A DNA stretch of 64,000 nt from Macrostomum hystrix (Eukaryota > Animalia > Platyhelminthes), in assembly GCA_950097015.1 (NCBI GenBank), contig CATNEN010000034.1:3720001-3784000 (forward strand). The letters are read 5' to 3'. Under the pieces are notes generated by a model. The model worked only from the letters and a program-made list of their open reading frames with translations, did no database searches and was not told the origin of the DNA. A program made the translations under genes and the position numbers. This document shows, in pieces, positions 29,701 through 42,700 of this stretch; position 1 is the stretch's first letter; each line of letters starts with the position of its first letter.

Positions 29701-32700
29701 AGAGTCGGCCGCGCCAACTCGGCAGCTGATGAGATCGACTACGGAGATGTCGGCGCTGGCAGCTGGTACGTAGCAGCCGATTTGAGCCATGAGCACAGTA
29801 AGGGCCACCTGGCGGGCAGCAGATTAGAAGTGGGTCTTATGAAAATATGAGACAGCTAAAGCCTTAAACAACAGGTAAGGACTGAAGCCCTTTGACCTGA
29901 GAACTGAAGCCTTCCTGACCTGAGAACTGAAGCCCACCTGACCTGAGAACTGAAGCCTTCCTGACCTGAGAACTGAAGCCCTTCCTGACCTGAGATAGAT
30001 ATAGAAGGCAGCCGAAACTCACCGATCTAACAAAGGTGGACTTTCCGCCCATATTGGGCCCAGTGACCAGCAGGCAGTGCTGACCAGATTTGTCCAGCCT
30101 GGCACTGTTAGCAATGTAAGAAACGCCCTCCTGCTGCTCAACGCACGGATGCCGGCACTGGCTAATATCAATGACGCCAGTCTCCATTGGTCGGACGATT
30201 GGCCTCACAAAAGTCTCCGGAGCAGCCTGACTAGCGGTTGCCATAGCAACAAGAGCATCCAACTGGGCCAAGAGATCGCTTAGGTGAAAGATGTAGTCAA
30301 CAAAGCCAGCAGCAATTTTCAACACTTCGGTCACAATGCTGGCCTGCTGATCTTCGTATTGGCGACGAACCTCCATCCAATTGTCGTTGAGTTCAGTCAT
30401 CTTGGCGCTGCGAAATCTGACGCCGTTATTCTTTACATCCAGGATGGTGTAGCCGCGACTGTCGCGCAAGCACTTCTCGTCTTTCTTAGTGACACGACAG
30501 GCGTAGCCGTGCTGCCTGGACAGGTCCAGCTTGATCGACTTGTCCTCCTGCAGCTGCAGATCTGACACTGCCTGTGCGAAAAATGAATAAATAAAAGCGT
30601 GCACAAATTTTGCTACTGCTCTCAGCAAGCAGAGTACAGGGCATTTTTTCTCGTTTTCAGTGGTTGGTGATTAATAAAATGGGTACAAAATTTTTTCATG
30701 AACTTTACAATCAGCACTCAAATGCAGGAACTACCTAATGAGCAGTCTACCTAATGAGCAGTCTACTTGATGAGCAGTCTACCTAATGAGCATTCTACTT
30801 GATGAGCAGTCTATCTAATGAGCAGTGTACCTAATGAGCAGTCTACTTGATGATTAGTCTACATAATGAGCAGTCTAGCTAATGAGCAGTCTACCTAATG
30901 AGCAGTCTACCTAATGAGCAGTCTACTTGATGAGCAGTCTACCTAATGAGCAGTCTACTTGATGAGCAGTCTACCTAATGAGCAGTCTACTTGATGAGCA
31001 GTCTACTTGATGAGCAGTCTACCTAATGAGCAGTCTACCTAATGAGCGGTCTACTTGATGAGCAGTCTAGCTAATGAGCAGTCTAGCTAATGAGCAGTCT
31101 ACCTAATGAGCAGTCTACCTAATGAGCAGTCTACTTGATGAGCAGTCTACCTAATGAGCAGTCTACTTGATGAGCAGTCTAGCTAATGAGCAGTCTAGCT
31201 AATGAGCAGTCTACCTAATGAGCAGTGTACCTAATGAGCAGTGTACCTAATGAGCAGTCTACTTGATGAGCAGTCTACTTGATGAGCAGTCTACCTAATG
31301 AGCATTCTACTTGATGAGCAGTCTATCTAATGAGCAGTGTACCTAATGAGCAGTCTACTTGATGATTAGTCTACATAATGAGCAGTCTAGCTAATGAGCA
31401 GTCTACCTAATGAGCAGTCTACCTAATGAGCAGTCTACTTGATGAGCAGTCTACCTAATGAGCAGTCTACCTAATGAGCAGTCTACTTGATGAGCAGTCT
31501 ACCTAATGAGCAGTCTACTTGATGAGCAGTCTACCTAATGAGCAGTCTACCTAATGAGCAGTCTACTTGATGAGCAGTCTACCTAATGAGCAGTCTACTT
31601 GATGAGCAGTCTAGCTAATGAGCAGTCTAGCTAATGAGCAGTCTACCTAATGAGCAGTCTACCTAATGAGCAGTCTACTTGATGAGCAGTCTACCTAATG
31701 AGCAGTCTACTTGATGAGCAGTCTAGCTAATGAGCAGTCTAGCTAATGAGCAGTCTACTTGATGAGCAGTCTACCTAATGAGCAGTCTACTTGATGATTA
31801 GTCTACATAATGAGCAGTCTAGCTAATGAGCAGTCTACCTGATGAGCAGTCAACTTTTTCTTGATAAAGAAAAGCTTTATCAACAGTCAATTGAACAACC
31901 AATTAATGAGCAGTCAAAATGAAACACTAAAACAGTCCAATTAATTTGTGGCTCGTCGAAATTGAGATAGATAAGTTGTAATTACCTTGCGAAACTGTTT
32001 ACGAATCTGTCCCTCCAATTCGTCCAGCGTTTCCCTAATGCTACCGAGCTGTTCATCGAAGCTGGCACGAATTCTGTACTCGCCAGCCTGGTCGACGGCC
32101 TCCAAATCTAGCGTCGTCTGGACCATCTGGACCAGCTTGTTCAGATCGCGCTCGCATTCGGCTAGCGGATCGGCGAATAGTGAGCGTAGGGCGTCGGCGG
32201 ATTCGGCGGCATCGGCTAGAGCCGAGCGCAGCTGTGGCAGCCTAGAGAAGCACAGATGGAGGCGATAGACATCCTGAAGGCTGGATCGATTTCTTTGCAG
32301 TCTAACGGCCAATCGTTGCAGATCCGGACAGCGCCTAAGCCAGTCTTCGTGTAAAAATTGGCGCAAAGCCGAGTCGGACATTAGGGCGCCGACGCAGTCC
32401 AAGCGTTCGTTAATTAGGCGAACGTCTAACAGCGGCTGGCGAATCCATTGGGCTAGTAGGCGAGAGCCGGGCTGGGTGCGGCAACGGTTTAAGAGGCCGA
32501 ACAGCGAGTGAGATCTGAAGGTGGCATTGTATGTGGGGGGATATTTTATCAACCAATTAATAAAGAAGATGGGATTTAAGAGTTGTGGGATTGTTCTGAA
32601 AACATCAGAATGCTGAAGCATTCAATTTTTCCTTGTGAGTACAGTCTTAATGGCTAACTATAGATAAATTATTAGCGTTGCAAAACAAAAACCCAAAACA

Positions 32701-35700
32701 ATTTCAGGTGTATGACCTAGTGTGTTACAGGTGTATGAACTAGACTATTACAGGTGTCTGACCTAGACTATTACAGGTGTCTGACCTAGACTATTACAGG
32801 TGTCTGACCTAGACTATTACAGGTGTCTGACCTAGACTATTACAGGTGTCTGACCTAGACTATTACAGGTGTCTGACCTAGACTATTACAGTTGTCTGAC
32901 CTAGACTATTACAGGTGTCTGACCTAGACTATTACAGGTGTCTGACCTAGACTATTACAGGTGTCTGACCTAGACTATTACAGGTGTCTGACCTAGACTA
33001 TTACAGGTGTCTGACCTAGACTATTACAGGTGTCTGACCTAGACTAAAACAGGTGTCTGACCTAGACTATTACAGGTGTCTGACCTAGACTATTACAGGT
33101 GTCTGACCTAGACTAAAACAGGTGTCTGACCTAGACTATTACAGTTGTCTGACCTAGACTATTACAGGTGTATAGCCGAGAGGATTATAGGTGTATGATC
33201 TAAAATATTACATGTTTATGACTAAATTTATGATAGTCGCATGACATCAAATAATCGATATTTCCCAATGAAGAAAGTTAAGATAATGCAGTTTTTTTAC
33301 TTTCCAACACAACATAATAGACAAAATTACCTTGGCGCATCCGGTCCGGTAGGCAGCAGGTGCAACGCCCTCACAGCCGCGCCGTCCAGTTGAACAAAAT
33401 GGCCCGGACGCCAGCGCTCCAGCTGGTAGCGGCCAACAACGGCGCCGCCAGTTGAGGCGGCCTCGGCGGAGTCGCCTAGCTCTAAAAAGTGGGCCAGACT
33501 CCACAGGCTGGTTAGGCACAGCTGGCGCTCGGCGGCCACCATCTCTTTTAGGGGATTCAGCGAGCGCACGAGCCGGGCTAGCTCCTCTTCCATCGCCTCG
33601 TCGTCTGGAGGCCGGCGCATCCGGTTCGACGACTGTTGCTGCTGCTGCTGCTGGCCGGCGTTTGAGGAGCCTGACTGATTCACCATGACGCCGAGACGGC
33701 CGAGAACCTGAGAGATTTTGATAAAAAATCTAATTTAATCTCTCCGCTGTCTCGTCTCCGCCATGTCTCTTCTCTCCCGAGTCATATCTCCCCCGTGTTT
33801 CATATTTTAGTCTTTTCTCTCCTATATCTAATATTTTTCATTTCTTATCCCATGTCTCATAACTCCCGTATCTTATCTCCTCCGTGTTTAATATTTTCCA
33901 TTTCTTATCTCTCCGCTGTCTTTGTCTCCATTCTCCTTGGGCCCTCAACGTTCAACAAGCCACGCGCAGCACAGAACAATCAGAACAAAGTCGCACGAAC
34001 CTCTGCCAACCCGGTGAGCTGGCCGGGTGTGACAAGCAGGCACTCGCGGCAGCCCAACTGCAGTGCGGCCGATTCCACGTTGGCCCACGGCTGGTGATCG
34101 ATAAATACGGACACTAGCAATCTGCGATCGTTCACATCGTGATAGGCTAAGCCGACAGCCCGTCCGGCCGATTCCGGCCTGGCCGAAATGGCCAGCACGC
34201 CAGCTGAGTGACTCATCCGGTCGAATATTGAGCCGCTCTCAGAGAACAGAATCTCTTCGAATTGAGTCAGATTGCCTGGCGAGGCGCGATAGGCGACAGA
34301 CCAGGATTTGCCCCGGCCGATGGTGTACACCTGAGCAGTTTGTGAATAGGAATTGATACACCTGAACTTGGGATTCGTAAAGCGAGGATTTATGTAGCGA
34401 ACAAAGTTCAATGAATGATGTATGGAACAACTCAATGAAGGGTGGATTGATGCAGGGAAAACTGTTTAATGAAGGGTGGATTGATGCAGGGAAAAACTGT
34501 TTAATGAAGGGTGGATTGTTGCAGGGAAAAACTGTTTAATGAAGGGAGGATGGATGCAGGGAAAACTGTTCAATGAAGGGAGGATTGATGTAGGGAAAAC
34601 TGTTTAATGAAGGGAGGATTGATGCAGGGAAAACTGTTTAATGAAGGGAGGATTGATGCAGGGAAAACTGTTTATGAAGGGAGGGTTGATGCAGGGAAAA
34701 CTGTTTAATGTAGGGAGGACTGATGTAGGGAAAACTGTTTAATGAAGGGAGGATTGATGCAGGGAAAACTGTTTAATGAAGGGAGGATTGATGCAGGGAA
34801 AACTGTTTAATGAAGGGAGGATTGATGTAGGGAAAACAGTTTAATGAAGGGAGGATTGATGCAGGGAAAACTGTTTAATGAAGGGAGGATTGATGCAGGG
34901 AAAACTGTTTAATGAATGGAGGATTGATGCAGGGAAAACTGTTAATGAAGGGAGGATTGATGCAGGGAAAACTGTTAATGAAGGGAGGATTGATGCAGGG
35001 AAAACTGTTAATGAAGGGAGGATTGATGTAGGGAAAACGGTTTAATGAAGGGAGGATTGATGCAGGGAAAACTGTTTAATGAATGGAGAATTGATGCAGG
35101 GAAAACTGTTTAATGAAGGGAGGATTGATGCAGGGAAAACTGTTTAATGAAGGGAGGATTGATGTAGGGAAAACGGTTTAATGAAGGGAGGATTGATGCA
35201 GGGAAAACTGTTTAATGAATGGAGAATTGATGCAGGGAAAACTGTTTAATGAATGGAGGATTGATGTACAGAAAGGCAGTTTAATGAATGGAGAGTTGAT
35301 GCAGGGAAAACTGTTTAATGAATGGAGGATTGATGTAGAGAAAGGCAGTTTAATGAAGGGAGGATTGATGTAGCGAAAGGCAGTTTAATGAAGGGAGGAT
35401 TGATGTAGGGAAAAACTCTAATGAAAGGAGGCAGTTCTGTATAATCATGTAATTCTACGGTAAATGAAAGGAGCTTGTAAAGAAGCTATGGTTTAATGAA
35501 TTAAAAAACAAACCAAAAACCTAAAATTCACCTCCATTCGATAGCGCTTATCAATGAGGAAGGCGCGGCAGAGGTTTTCGAATGCCGATTTGTTCACAGT
35601 CACGTAGGGCTGGCGCTGTTTGCCAACAGTGTGAAACTTAAGCATAGTTGTTGACTGGAAGAACTCATCAGCAACCAGTTCTGCGTCGCCCATATGAATG

Positions 35701-35804
35701 GAATAATACTCGCCGCGATCGAAACAGCGAATCAGGGTGTCCACTTTCGGCGGCAGGGTCTGCAGGAAGGCCAATAAGCTGCCAGTTTCGTCTGTTGCCG
35801 CCAT
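26776..35804 (-). CDS. MSH2: DNA mismatch repair protein MSH2, 7 exons, about 932 aa
   Basis: Exons (descending): 35532-35804, 34001-34330, 33331-33707, 31986-32514, 30023-30571, 29311-29808, 26776-27018; total 2799 nt, in frame. Motifs: [53 protein letters not shown], Walker [74 protein letters not shown]. Confidence 0.97.
27050..29285. repeat. Minisatellite in MSH2 intron 6: 35-bp unit AATCCACCCTGGGAAAACCTAAATCCACAATAGAT, changing to a 22-23 bp unit near the donor
   Basis: About 57 copies of the 35-mer (27055-29065), then about 10 copies of AAACCCAGTCCAGCACCATGGG. Confidence 0.95.
29880..29996. repeat. Short minisatellite (22-23 bp, CTGACCTGAGAACTGAAGCCCTTC) in MSH2 intron 5
   Basis: About 5 tandem copies. 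Confidence 0.85.
30732..31850. repeat. Minisatellite (16 bp, CTACCTAATGAGCAGT / CTACTTGATGAGCAGT) in MSH2 intron 4
   Basis: About 70 tandem copies with interspersed variants. Confidence 0.95.
32705..33175. repeat. Minisatellite (23 bp, ACAGGTGTCTGACCTAGACTATT) in MSH2 intron 3
   Basis: About 20 copies with degenerate ends. Confidence 0.95.
34432..35432. repeat. Minisatellite (34 bp, AATGAAGGGAGGATTGATGCAGGGAAAACTGTTT) in MSH2 intron 1
   Basis: About 29 tandem copies. Confidence 0.95.
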
Positions 35805-36002
35805 TCTGTTGCTTTCAGTTGCTGGAAATCGTGAAAATTTTGCAGCATCTAAAAGCCACTGCTAAAGCAACAGTTGAAACTAGGAAATTAGTATTTGTTA
35901 TAAACTATCAGATAAATCCCAGAAAAACTTTGTTAAAGTCATTTTCAAGCTTAATTCCTTTGTGGTGTTGGCACAGATTTTGGCTTTTCTGTAAGCAATG
36001 GG

Positions 36003-38342
36003 GCCATTGTTAGCCATAGACTATTCTGTTAGCAATGAAGCTATTGTTAGCCATAGACTATTCTGTTAGCAATGATGCCATTGTTAGCCATAGACTATTC
36101 TGTTAGCAATGATGCCATTGTTAGCCATAGACTATTCTGTTAGCAATGATGCTATTGTTAGCCATAGACTATTCTGTTAGCAATGATGCTATTGTTAGCC
36201 ATAGACTATTCTGTTAGCAATGATGCCATTGTTAGCCATAGACTATTCTGTTAGCAATGAGGCTATTGTTAGCCATAGACTATTCTGTTAGCAATGAGGC
36301 TGTTGTTAGCCATAGACTATTCTGTAAGCAATGATGCCATTGTTAGCCATAGACTATTCTGTTAGCAATGAAACTATTGTTAGCCATAGACTATTCTGTT
36401 AGCAATGAAGCTATTGTTAGCCATAGACTATTCTGTTAGCAATGATGCCATTGTTAGCCATAGACTATTCTGTTAGCAATGAAACTATTGTTAGCCATAG
36501 ACTATTCTGTTAGCAATGAAGCTATTGTTAGCCATAGACTATTCTGTTAGCAATGATGCCATTGTTAGCCATAGACTATTCTGTTAGCAATGATGCCATT
36601 GTTAGCCATAGACTATTCTGTTAGCAATGATGCCATTGTTAGCCATAGACTGTTCTGTTAGCAATGAAGCTATTGTTAGCCATAGACTATTCTGTTAGCA
36701 ATGATGCCATTGTTAGCCATAGACTATTCTGTTAGCAATGAGGCTATTGTTAGCCATAGACTATTCTGTTAGCAATGAGGCTATTGTTAGCCATAGACTA
36801 TTCTGTTAGCAATGAAGCTATTGTTAGCCATAGACTATTCTGTTAGCAATGATGCCATTGTTAGCCATAGACTATTCTGTTAGCAATGAGGCTATTGTTA
36901 GCCATAGACTATTCTGTTAGCAATGAAGCTATTGTTAGCCATAGACTATTCTGTTAGCAATGATGCCATTGTTAGCCATAGACTATTCTGTTAGCAATGA
37001 TGCCATTGTTAGCCATAGACTATTCTGTTAGCAATGAAGCTATTGTTAGCCATAGACTATTCTGTTAGCAATGATGCCATTGTTAGCCATAGACTATTCT
37101 GTTAGCAATGAAGCTATTGTTAGCCATAGACTATTCTGTTAGCAATGATGCCATTGTTAGCCATAGACTATTCTGTTAGCAATGAGGCTATTGTTAGCCA
37201 TAGACTATTCTGTTAGCAATGAGGCTATTGTTAGCCATAGACTATTCTGTTAGCAATGAGGCTATTGTTAGCCATAGACTATTCTGTTAGCAATGAAGCT
37301 ATTGTTAGCCATAGACTATTCTGTTAGCAATGAGGCTATTGTTAGCCATAGACTATTCTGTTAGCAATGAAGCTATTGTTAGCCATAGACTGTTCTGTTA
37401 GCAATGAAGCTATTGTTAGCCGTAGACTATTCTGTTAGCAATGAAGCTATTGTTAGCCATAGACTATTCTGTTAGCAATGAAGCTATTGTTAGCCATAGA
37501 CTATTCTGTTAGCAATGAGGCTATTGTTAGCCATAGACTGTTCTGTTAGCAATGAAGCTATTGTTAGCCATAGACTATTCTGTTAGCAATGAGGCTGTTG
37601 TTAGCCATAGACTGTTCTGTTAGCAATGAAGCTATTGTTAGCCATAGACTATTCTGTTAGCAATGAGGCTATTGTTAGCCATAGACTGTTCTGTTAGCAA
37701 TGAGGCTGTTGTTAGCCATAGACTATTCTGTTAGCAATGATGCCATTGTTAGCCATAGACTATTCTGTTAGCAATGAGGCTGTTGTTAGCCATAGACTAT
37801 TCTGTTAGCAATGAGGCCATTGTTAGCCATAGACTATTCTGTTAGCAATGAAGCTATTGTTAGCCATAGACTATTCTGTTAGCAATGAGGCTGTTGTTAG
37901 CCATAGACTATTCTGTTAGCAATGAGGCTATTGTTAGCCATAGACTATTCTGTTAGCAATGATGCCATTGTTAGCCATAGACTATTCTGTTAGCAATGAA
38001 GCTATTGTTAGCCATAGACTATTCTGTTAGCAATGAGGCTGTTGTTAGCCATAGACTATTCTGTTAGCAATGAGGCCATTGTTAGCCATAGACTATTCTG
38101 TTAGCAATGAGGCCATTGTTAGCCATAGACTATTCTGTTAGCAATGAAGCTATTGTTAGCCATAGACTATTCTGTTAGCAATGAGGCTGTTGTTAGCCAT
38201 AGACTATTCTGTTAGCAATGAGGCCATTGTTAGCCATAGACTATTCTGTTAGCAATGAAGCTATTGTTAGCCATAGACTATTCTGTTAGCAATGAGGCTG
38301 TTGTTAGCCATAGACTATTCTGTTAGCAATGAGGCTGTTGTT
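36003..38342. repeat. Minisatellite (37 bp, GCCATAGACTATTCTGTTAGCAATGAAGCTATTGTTA) upstream of MSH2
   Basis: About 63 highly homogeneous copies; the unit is an internal dimer sharing CTATT(C)TGTTAGC. Confidence 0.96.
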
Positions 38343-38924
38343 AAAGATGGTCAATCTAATCAGCTCACTACACTCTCTAAAAAATAGGATATGGCACTTT
38401 GAAAGTCTTATTCGAAAAAAAGATTTGTAACTCTTTTGCTGACAGATTTCGTACAGATTTATGATAGTATAACAAATATGGCTCAATTTGGCTAAATGAA
38501 TGGTAGCTAAAGCTGTGATGCGTGTCGATTTTTGCTTTATTCACATCACGCTATAAACCGCTACAATACAAGCAAGCTCTTTAAAACAATAACAATAAGT
38601 GATAATACGACACTATTCATATTCTCTGTTTATGATTCATAACTAAACCCAAACAAAGCAATTAGCGACAAAATAAACACATTTCTGAATTATTCTAACG
38701 CACAATACATGAGTATTTATCCGCCATCGAAACGCACAAAGGAGTAAACCACAGATTGAATGCTTTAATTATATGGTGAGCAGTACTGCATACAGGAAAT
38801 ACACAAGAAACAAATTAGGAAATCAAGAAAGCATGAAAAAGCATAATTAATTATACTAGTTTATTATAGATGTAAGAGGCCATGAATATAAACCAGTCAG
38901 GTTATAAGTATTTGCAATCGTTTT

Positions 38925-39680
38925 CCATTCAGGCTTGCGGATTAGCAATCCTTTATCATTCAGGCTAGTGGATTAGCAATTCCTCAACATTCAGGCTAGT
39001 GGATTAGCAATCCCTTATCATTCAGGCTAGTGGATTAGCAATCCCTTATCATTCAGGCTAGTGGATTAGCAATCCCTTATCATTCAGGCTAGTGGATTAG
39101 CAATTCCTCAACATTCAGGCTAGTGGATTAGCAATTCCTCAACATTCAGGCTAGTGGGTTAGCAATTCCTCAACATTCAGGCTAGTGGGTTAGCAATTCC
39201 TCAACATTCAGGCTAGTGGATTAGCAATTCCTCAACATTCAACTAGTGGATTAGCAATCCCTCAACATTCAGGCTAGTGGATGAGCAATCCCTTATCATT
39301 CAGGCTAGTGGATTAGCAATCCCTCAACATTCAGGCTAGTGGATTAGCAATCCCCCAATATTCAGGCTAGTGGATTAGCAATCCCTCAACATTCAGGCTA
39401 GTGGATGAGCAATCCCTTATCATTCAGGCTAGTGGATTAGCAATCCCTTATCATTCAGGCTAGTGGATTAGCAATCCCTCAACATTCAGGCTAGTGGATT
39501 AGCAATCCCCCAATATTCAGGCTAGTGGATTAGCAATCCCTTAACATTCAGGATATGGGATTAGCAATTCCTTAGCATTCAGGCTAGCAGATTAGCAATC
39601 CCTCAGCATTCAGTCTTCTGGATTATCATTCATGTCCTTCTGGCTATCAGGTTAGCAATCCCTTTCCATTCAAACGTATG
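38925..39680. repeat. Minisatellite (31 bp, TTCAGGCTAGTGGATTAGCAATCCCTTATCA) downstream of CTNNBL1
   Basis: About 23 copies; each unit contains the hairpin GGATT-agc-AATCC. Confidence 0.93.
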
Positions 39681-39791
39681 ATTAGCAATCCTAATACTTA
39701 TTAAATTCCAGAGAGCTGGCATCCAGTTTAGCAGGCCACAGGTGAAAGCATTTAATGCAAAAGTTTATCATTATCATTAGGCGGGCTATTC

Positions 39792-42700
39792 TTATTCCGC
39801 CAATCCGAAGCGCTCTTTGAAGACTGCTAGCAGTGGCTCCAGACGGGCCTTCTCCTCGGCGTCCTCGCTGTGGGCCAAGTGCTCCTGTACAACGCCGTGA
39901 ACTGCGGCCACCGGACTAGATCGCATGTTGAACATCTGGCGAACCGGCCGAACAACGCCAGAGTCTGCTGAAGACATTGTGCACACTTGCAGAAGGATTA
40001 GGTCCACTAGCTGCAGAGTGAACAGGCCCATCTCTAGCCTGCGGGACGACAGAAATGTTATTTTTACATAATTTATCTTATTATGTGCTCTGACCTGCTC
40101 AGATGAGCTTAAATTACAGATTTTATGCTTAGATGTGCTCAAATTTTCGTCTGATCTACTTACGAGGGGTGTCCAAAAAGTAGTGATACTTTTGCTCGTA
40201 TAGCCTTACTGCATGCTTGAAAATCAGCAAGTTTGGTGTTGTTGGAAAGCGAAAAATATCAGCTTTAATTTGACTGCAAACATTTAACAAAAAGACAACC
40301 TATAACAAAGTTATGAATAGAAACACACAACAAGGTCAGCCATAGAGTTACAATGAATTTATGCATGGTGTAACAGGTCAAGAAGTTTCGACAGTTAGTA
40401 CGACTCATCATCATCAGGGAGGGAAGCTTTCTCCACATAATTACCCCCCGATTGCACGCACTTCTTCCAGCGACGAAACAAGCTTACAATCGCATCTGCG
40501 TAGATCTGTGGTGGGTCGGAACCCTTCAGTGTCCACACTTTAGACTCTTGCTTTGTCGGCGGGTCAAAATGTGGAACCCACGTCTCGTCGCCAGTAACAA
40601 TCAACTGGCGGAACTGATTCCAGCCACCGCGTTGACTTACCAGATTCAGGTTCCCTTGGCATGTCTGCTGGCGCTGCAGTCGCATATCAGCAGTGAGGAG
40701 CTTTGGGACCCAGCGGGCGCTCAGCTTAACGAAGTTCATATTGGTCAGGCATAGATGAACCGTTGATCGTGGGGTGTCGAGTCTGTCAGCAATCTCACGA
40801 ATTGTCATTCTGCAGTCTTCTTCCAGCAGATCAAGAATCCGGTCAGCCAAAGCCTTTGAGCTTGGTGTAGATGGCCTTCCTGGCCTTGGCAAGTCAGCCA
40901 AATTTGTTCTTCCTGACTCAAATTGCTCGACCCATCTGTACACCGTCATGCGACTTACTGCTTCGGCTCCGTGAATGCTGCACAGATGATGGTAAATCTC
41001 CTGTCCACTTTTCCCAATACTCCATAGTGTGTGAATTGCGTGTCGCTGTCCTTCCTTTGAGCGCACGTCCGTAACTGTCAGTTGAACAGAATCTGGTCTT
41101 GAAAAAGCAAGCACTTGTGAAAGAAAAATGAGCTGGCAGTGCAGAAGCAGGCAGGCAGGCAGAAGCAAGCTGGCAGTGCAAAGAAGACTTAGCCACAATT
41201 TTACCACAGACCAAAAAGCAACCCTCGTACGCTCGTAAAATGCTACCCCAGTATTTATTGGTTTACATTTATTGATTTGTTAAGCTCTAAAGCTTCATGA
41301 ATCTTTGAGGCAGATAAAAACTCAACAAAGTCAACCATACAGTATTTTTGTAAGTCTATGAGCAACCCTTGCTCAAATAGACAGTGATAACTTTTTTTAA
41401 AAACAACATATGAGGATGATTTTTTAGTCAAATTAAAGCTGATATTTTTCGCTTTCCAACAACACCAAACTTGCTGATTTTCAAGCATGCAGTAAGGCTA
41501 TACGAGCAAAAGTATCACTACTTTTTGGACACCCCTCGTAAGTTAAGTCCGACCTGCTCAGTCAGATGTACTCAAATTATAGTCTGACCAGCTCAGATAT
41601 TCTCAAATTATAGTCTCACATGCTCAGATATTCTTAAATTATAGTCTGACCTGCTCAAATGTGCCCGAATTTTAGACTGACCTGCTCAAATGTGCTCGAA
41701 TTTTAGACTGACCTGCTCAAATGTGCTCAAATTAAGGCTGAACTGCTCAGATTAGCTCAAATTCAGTCTGACCTGCTCAGATATGCTCAAATTATTGTAC
41801 CTAATTTTTTAAGCAATTTGAGACTCACCTCCTTAGATAAACTTCCTCTTCTAACTCCTCCTCAGTGGTGGCATTCCATAGCTCCGGCTGGCGTCTTTCA
41901 GCTAGGAGCTTCCTATCCGCGGACTTAACCAAATCGCGCCATTTAAAGTGCAGCTCAGCGAGTCGCTCAACTTTAGCGTGATCATTCTCAATGAATTTAG
42001 ACAGGACACGAGCTTTGTGAGTTGAAGATGTTGAGCAGTGACGCAAAAGGTTGTGCAATATTGAACACAGATGCTCTTCAATCTCTTGAATAGAGAAGCC
42101 GCTCTTCTTGGGCTTCGGCGGTCGCATGAAAACGGGAAATATGGTGCGCAGGCCGAGTATGTCCACAAACTTTAATGCATTCTCAGCGCCATCTGGCCCA
42201 TTCATGGCGTAGTCTAGAACCTGTGGAGTGTGCAATGGTGGTGGTGTCCTGTGGTTGAGCTTGAACGGTGAAATTTCATGAAATGAAATGAGTGTCAATA
42301 GTGACCTATTTTAACCTTTTGTAGCCCTTGAAGGTCCAGCAGTCCATCTAGATAAAGGTCGGTGACCACCGAAGACGGAGATTATGCAGACACATTTGGG
42401 TGACATGCTGATAAGTTTTAGAGGCCTGGCAAGGCCGCACTGAGGCGCAGTGCTTATTCGTGTATAGGGGTGTATGAAATACACCCCTTTTATGGGAAAA
42501 ATCTGACCTTCGACCAGAACCATTGAATATCTCGACGGTCTGAAGAGCTGGCGACTAGATTATTTTTTCAAAAGATGCGCAGCAAAAAGCTGGCCCTTGT
42601 TCTTGAGTTTAGTGTGCTTACCCGCTTGCGTTGCTCCGTTCGGGTGCAGCACAAAAGTTGTCAGGGAAATCCCCCCTTGGTAGTTCTACTGTTAAGGTAC

